This document shows, in pieces, positions 63,401 to 64,000 of a stretch of 64,000 nt of DNA. The notes under the pieces were generated by a model. The model searched no databases and had not been told where the DNA came from. It saw only the letters and a program-made list of their open reading frames with translations. The stretch covers positions 67,146,001 through 67,210,000 of the forward strand of contig OX638151.1 in assembly GCA_951804945.1 (NCBI GenBank), in the 5' to 3' direction. Source of the stretch: Podarcis cretensis. Its lineage: Eukaryota. The first letter of the stretch is position 1; each line of letters opens with the position of its first letter. The position numbers and the translations under genes were made by a program.

Positions 63401-64000
63401 GTCTGCCAGCCAACCTAATGGTATGACTTCTGCTGTAGGCAACTGGAATGGCTGTCATTCTTTCTTTTCTGCAGTTTTTGAGAGCTAATTCATCGTCATC
63501 TAACATCCTTGTTTAGACTGTAAAAGACCTTCAGGATGGATTTTGTTTTATTCTATTTGCGCAATTCCTTTTTAAGGGACCGTTGTTCTGAGGGAAATAG
63601 ATGGGGTCTTGAGCTCCTCCAAGTCTTTCCAAGTGCTGATACAGGACAAATAAACAATGCATGTTCATTTAGAAAGGGCCTTCTCAAAATAACTCATTAC
63701 GTTGTTAGCGCTGCAGCTCCACAGAGCTGTAAAATATGTGACTAAGAAGTTCATCTGGATTTGAGTTATTTTATTTGGCTATGATTTACTGCAGAAGGGG
63801 ATTCAAAAGAAAAATTACAAAGAGTGTTTGTTAATTTTTCAGTGCTATTTTTATTGGTATAAATAAACACTCAAAATGTGCGTACTCAAGATTTATTGTA
63901 TGTGCCCAGAAGAAAATGAAAACAAATGTGATTTGTTATACTTTATACCGCCTGCTTTCTAACCCTGCACTTAACATAATCTGGAAGAATAGCCCTGTAT

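Noticed and set aside
53-63745. The many 60-130 aa ORFs in the track
   Set aside because: Low-complexity or repeat-derived, with no domains or consistent splice context; expected by chance in 64 kb.

Overview
AT-rich vertebrate genomic DNA. The repeat content (Sauria-type SINE, tRNA-Lys/CR1-tail SINE, lizard-type L2, L1 and Penelope termini) points to a squamate, probably a lacertid lizard. The whole window lies inside one long + strand gene, the receptor tyrosine phosphatase PTPRK. It holds four internal coding exons (25197-25278, 27896-28011, 39635-39809, 54963-55256) that splice in frame to encode the end of the MAM domain, the Ig domain and the first FN3 repeat. The rest is intron filled with mobile elements: a 3.8 kb 5'-truncated L1, L2 and CR1 fragments, several SINE families, Tc1/mariner-type and hAT-type MITEs (several nested), Penelope-like termini, a decayed SGNH-hydrolase remnant, microsatellites and a 144-N gap. 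I cannot support a new multi-gene system here. The best leads are two decayed minimal hammerhead ribozymes in Penelope-like repeats, a young CpG-rich hAT element beside exon 5, a recursive-splice-like AG|GTAAT acceptor, a fold-back hairpin next to exon 4, and an L1 whose three frameshifts are all A6->A7. Exon numbers and repeat family names come from recognition and recall, not database searches.
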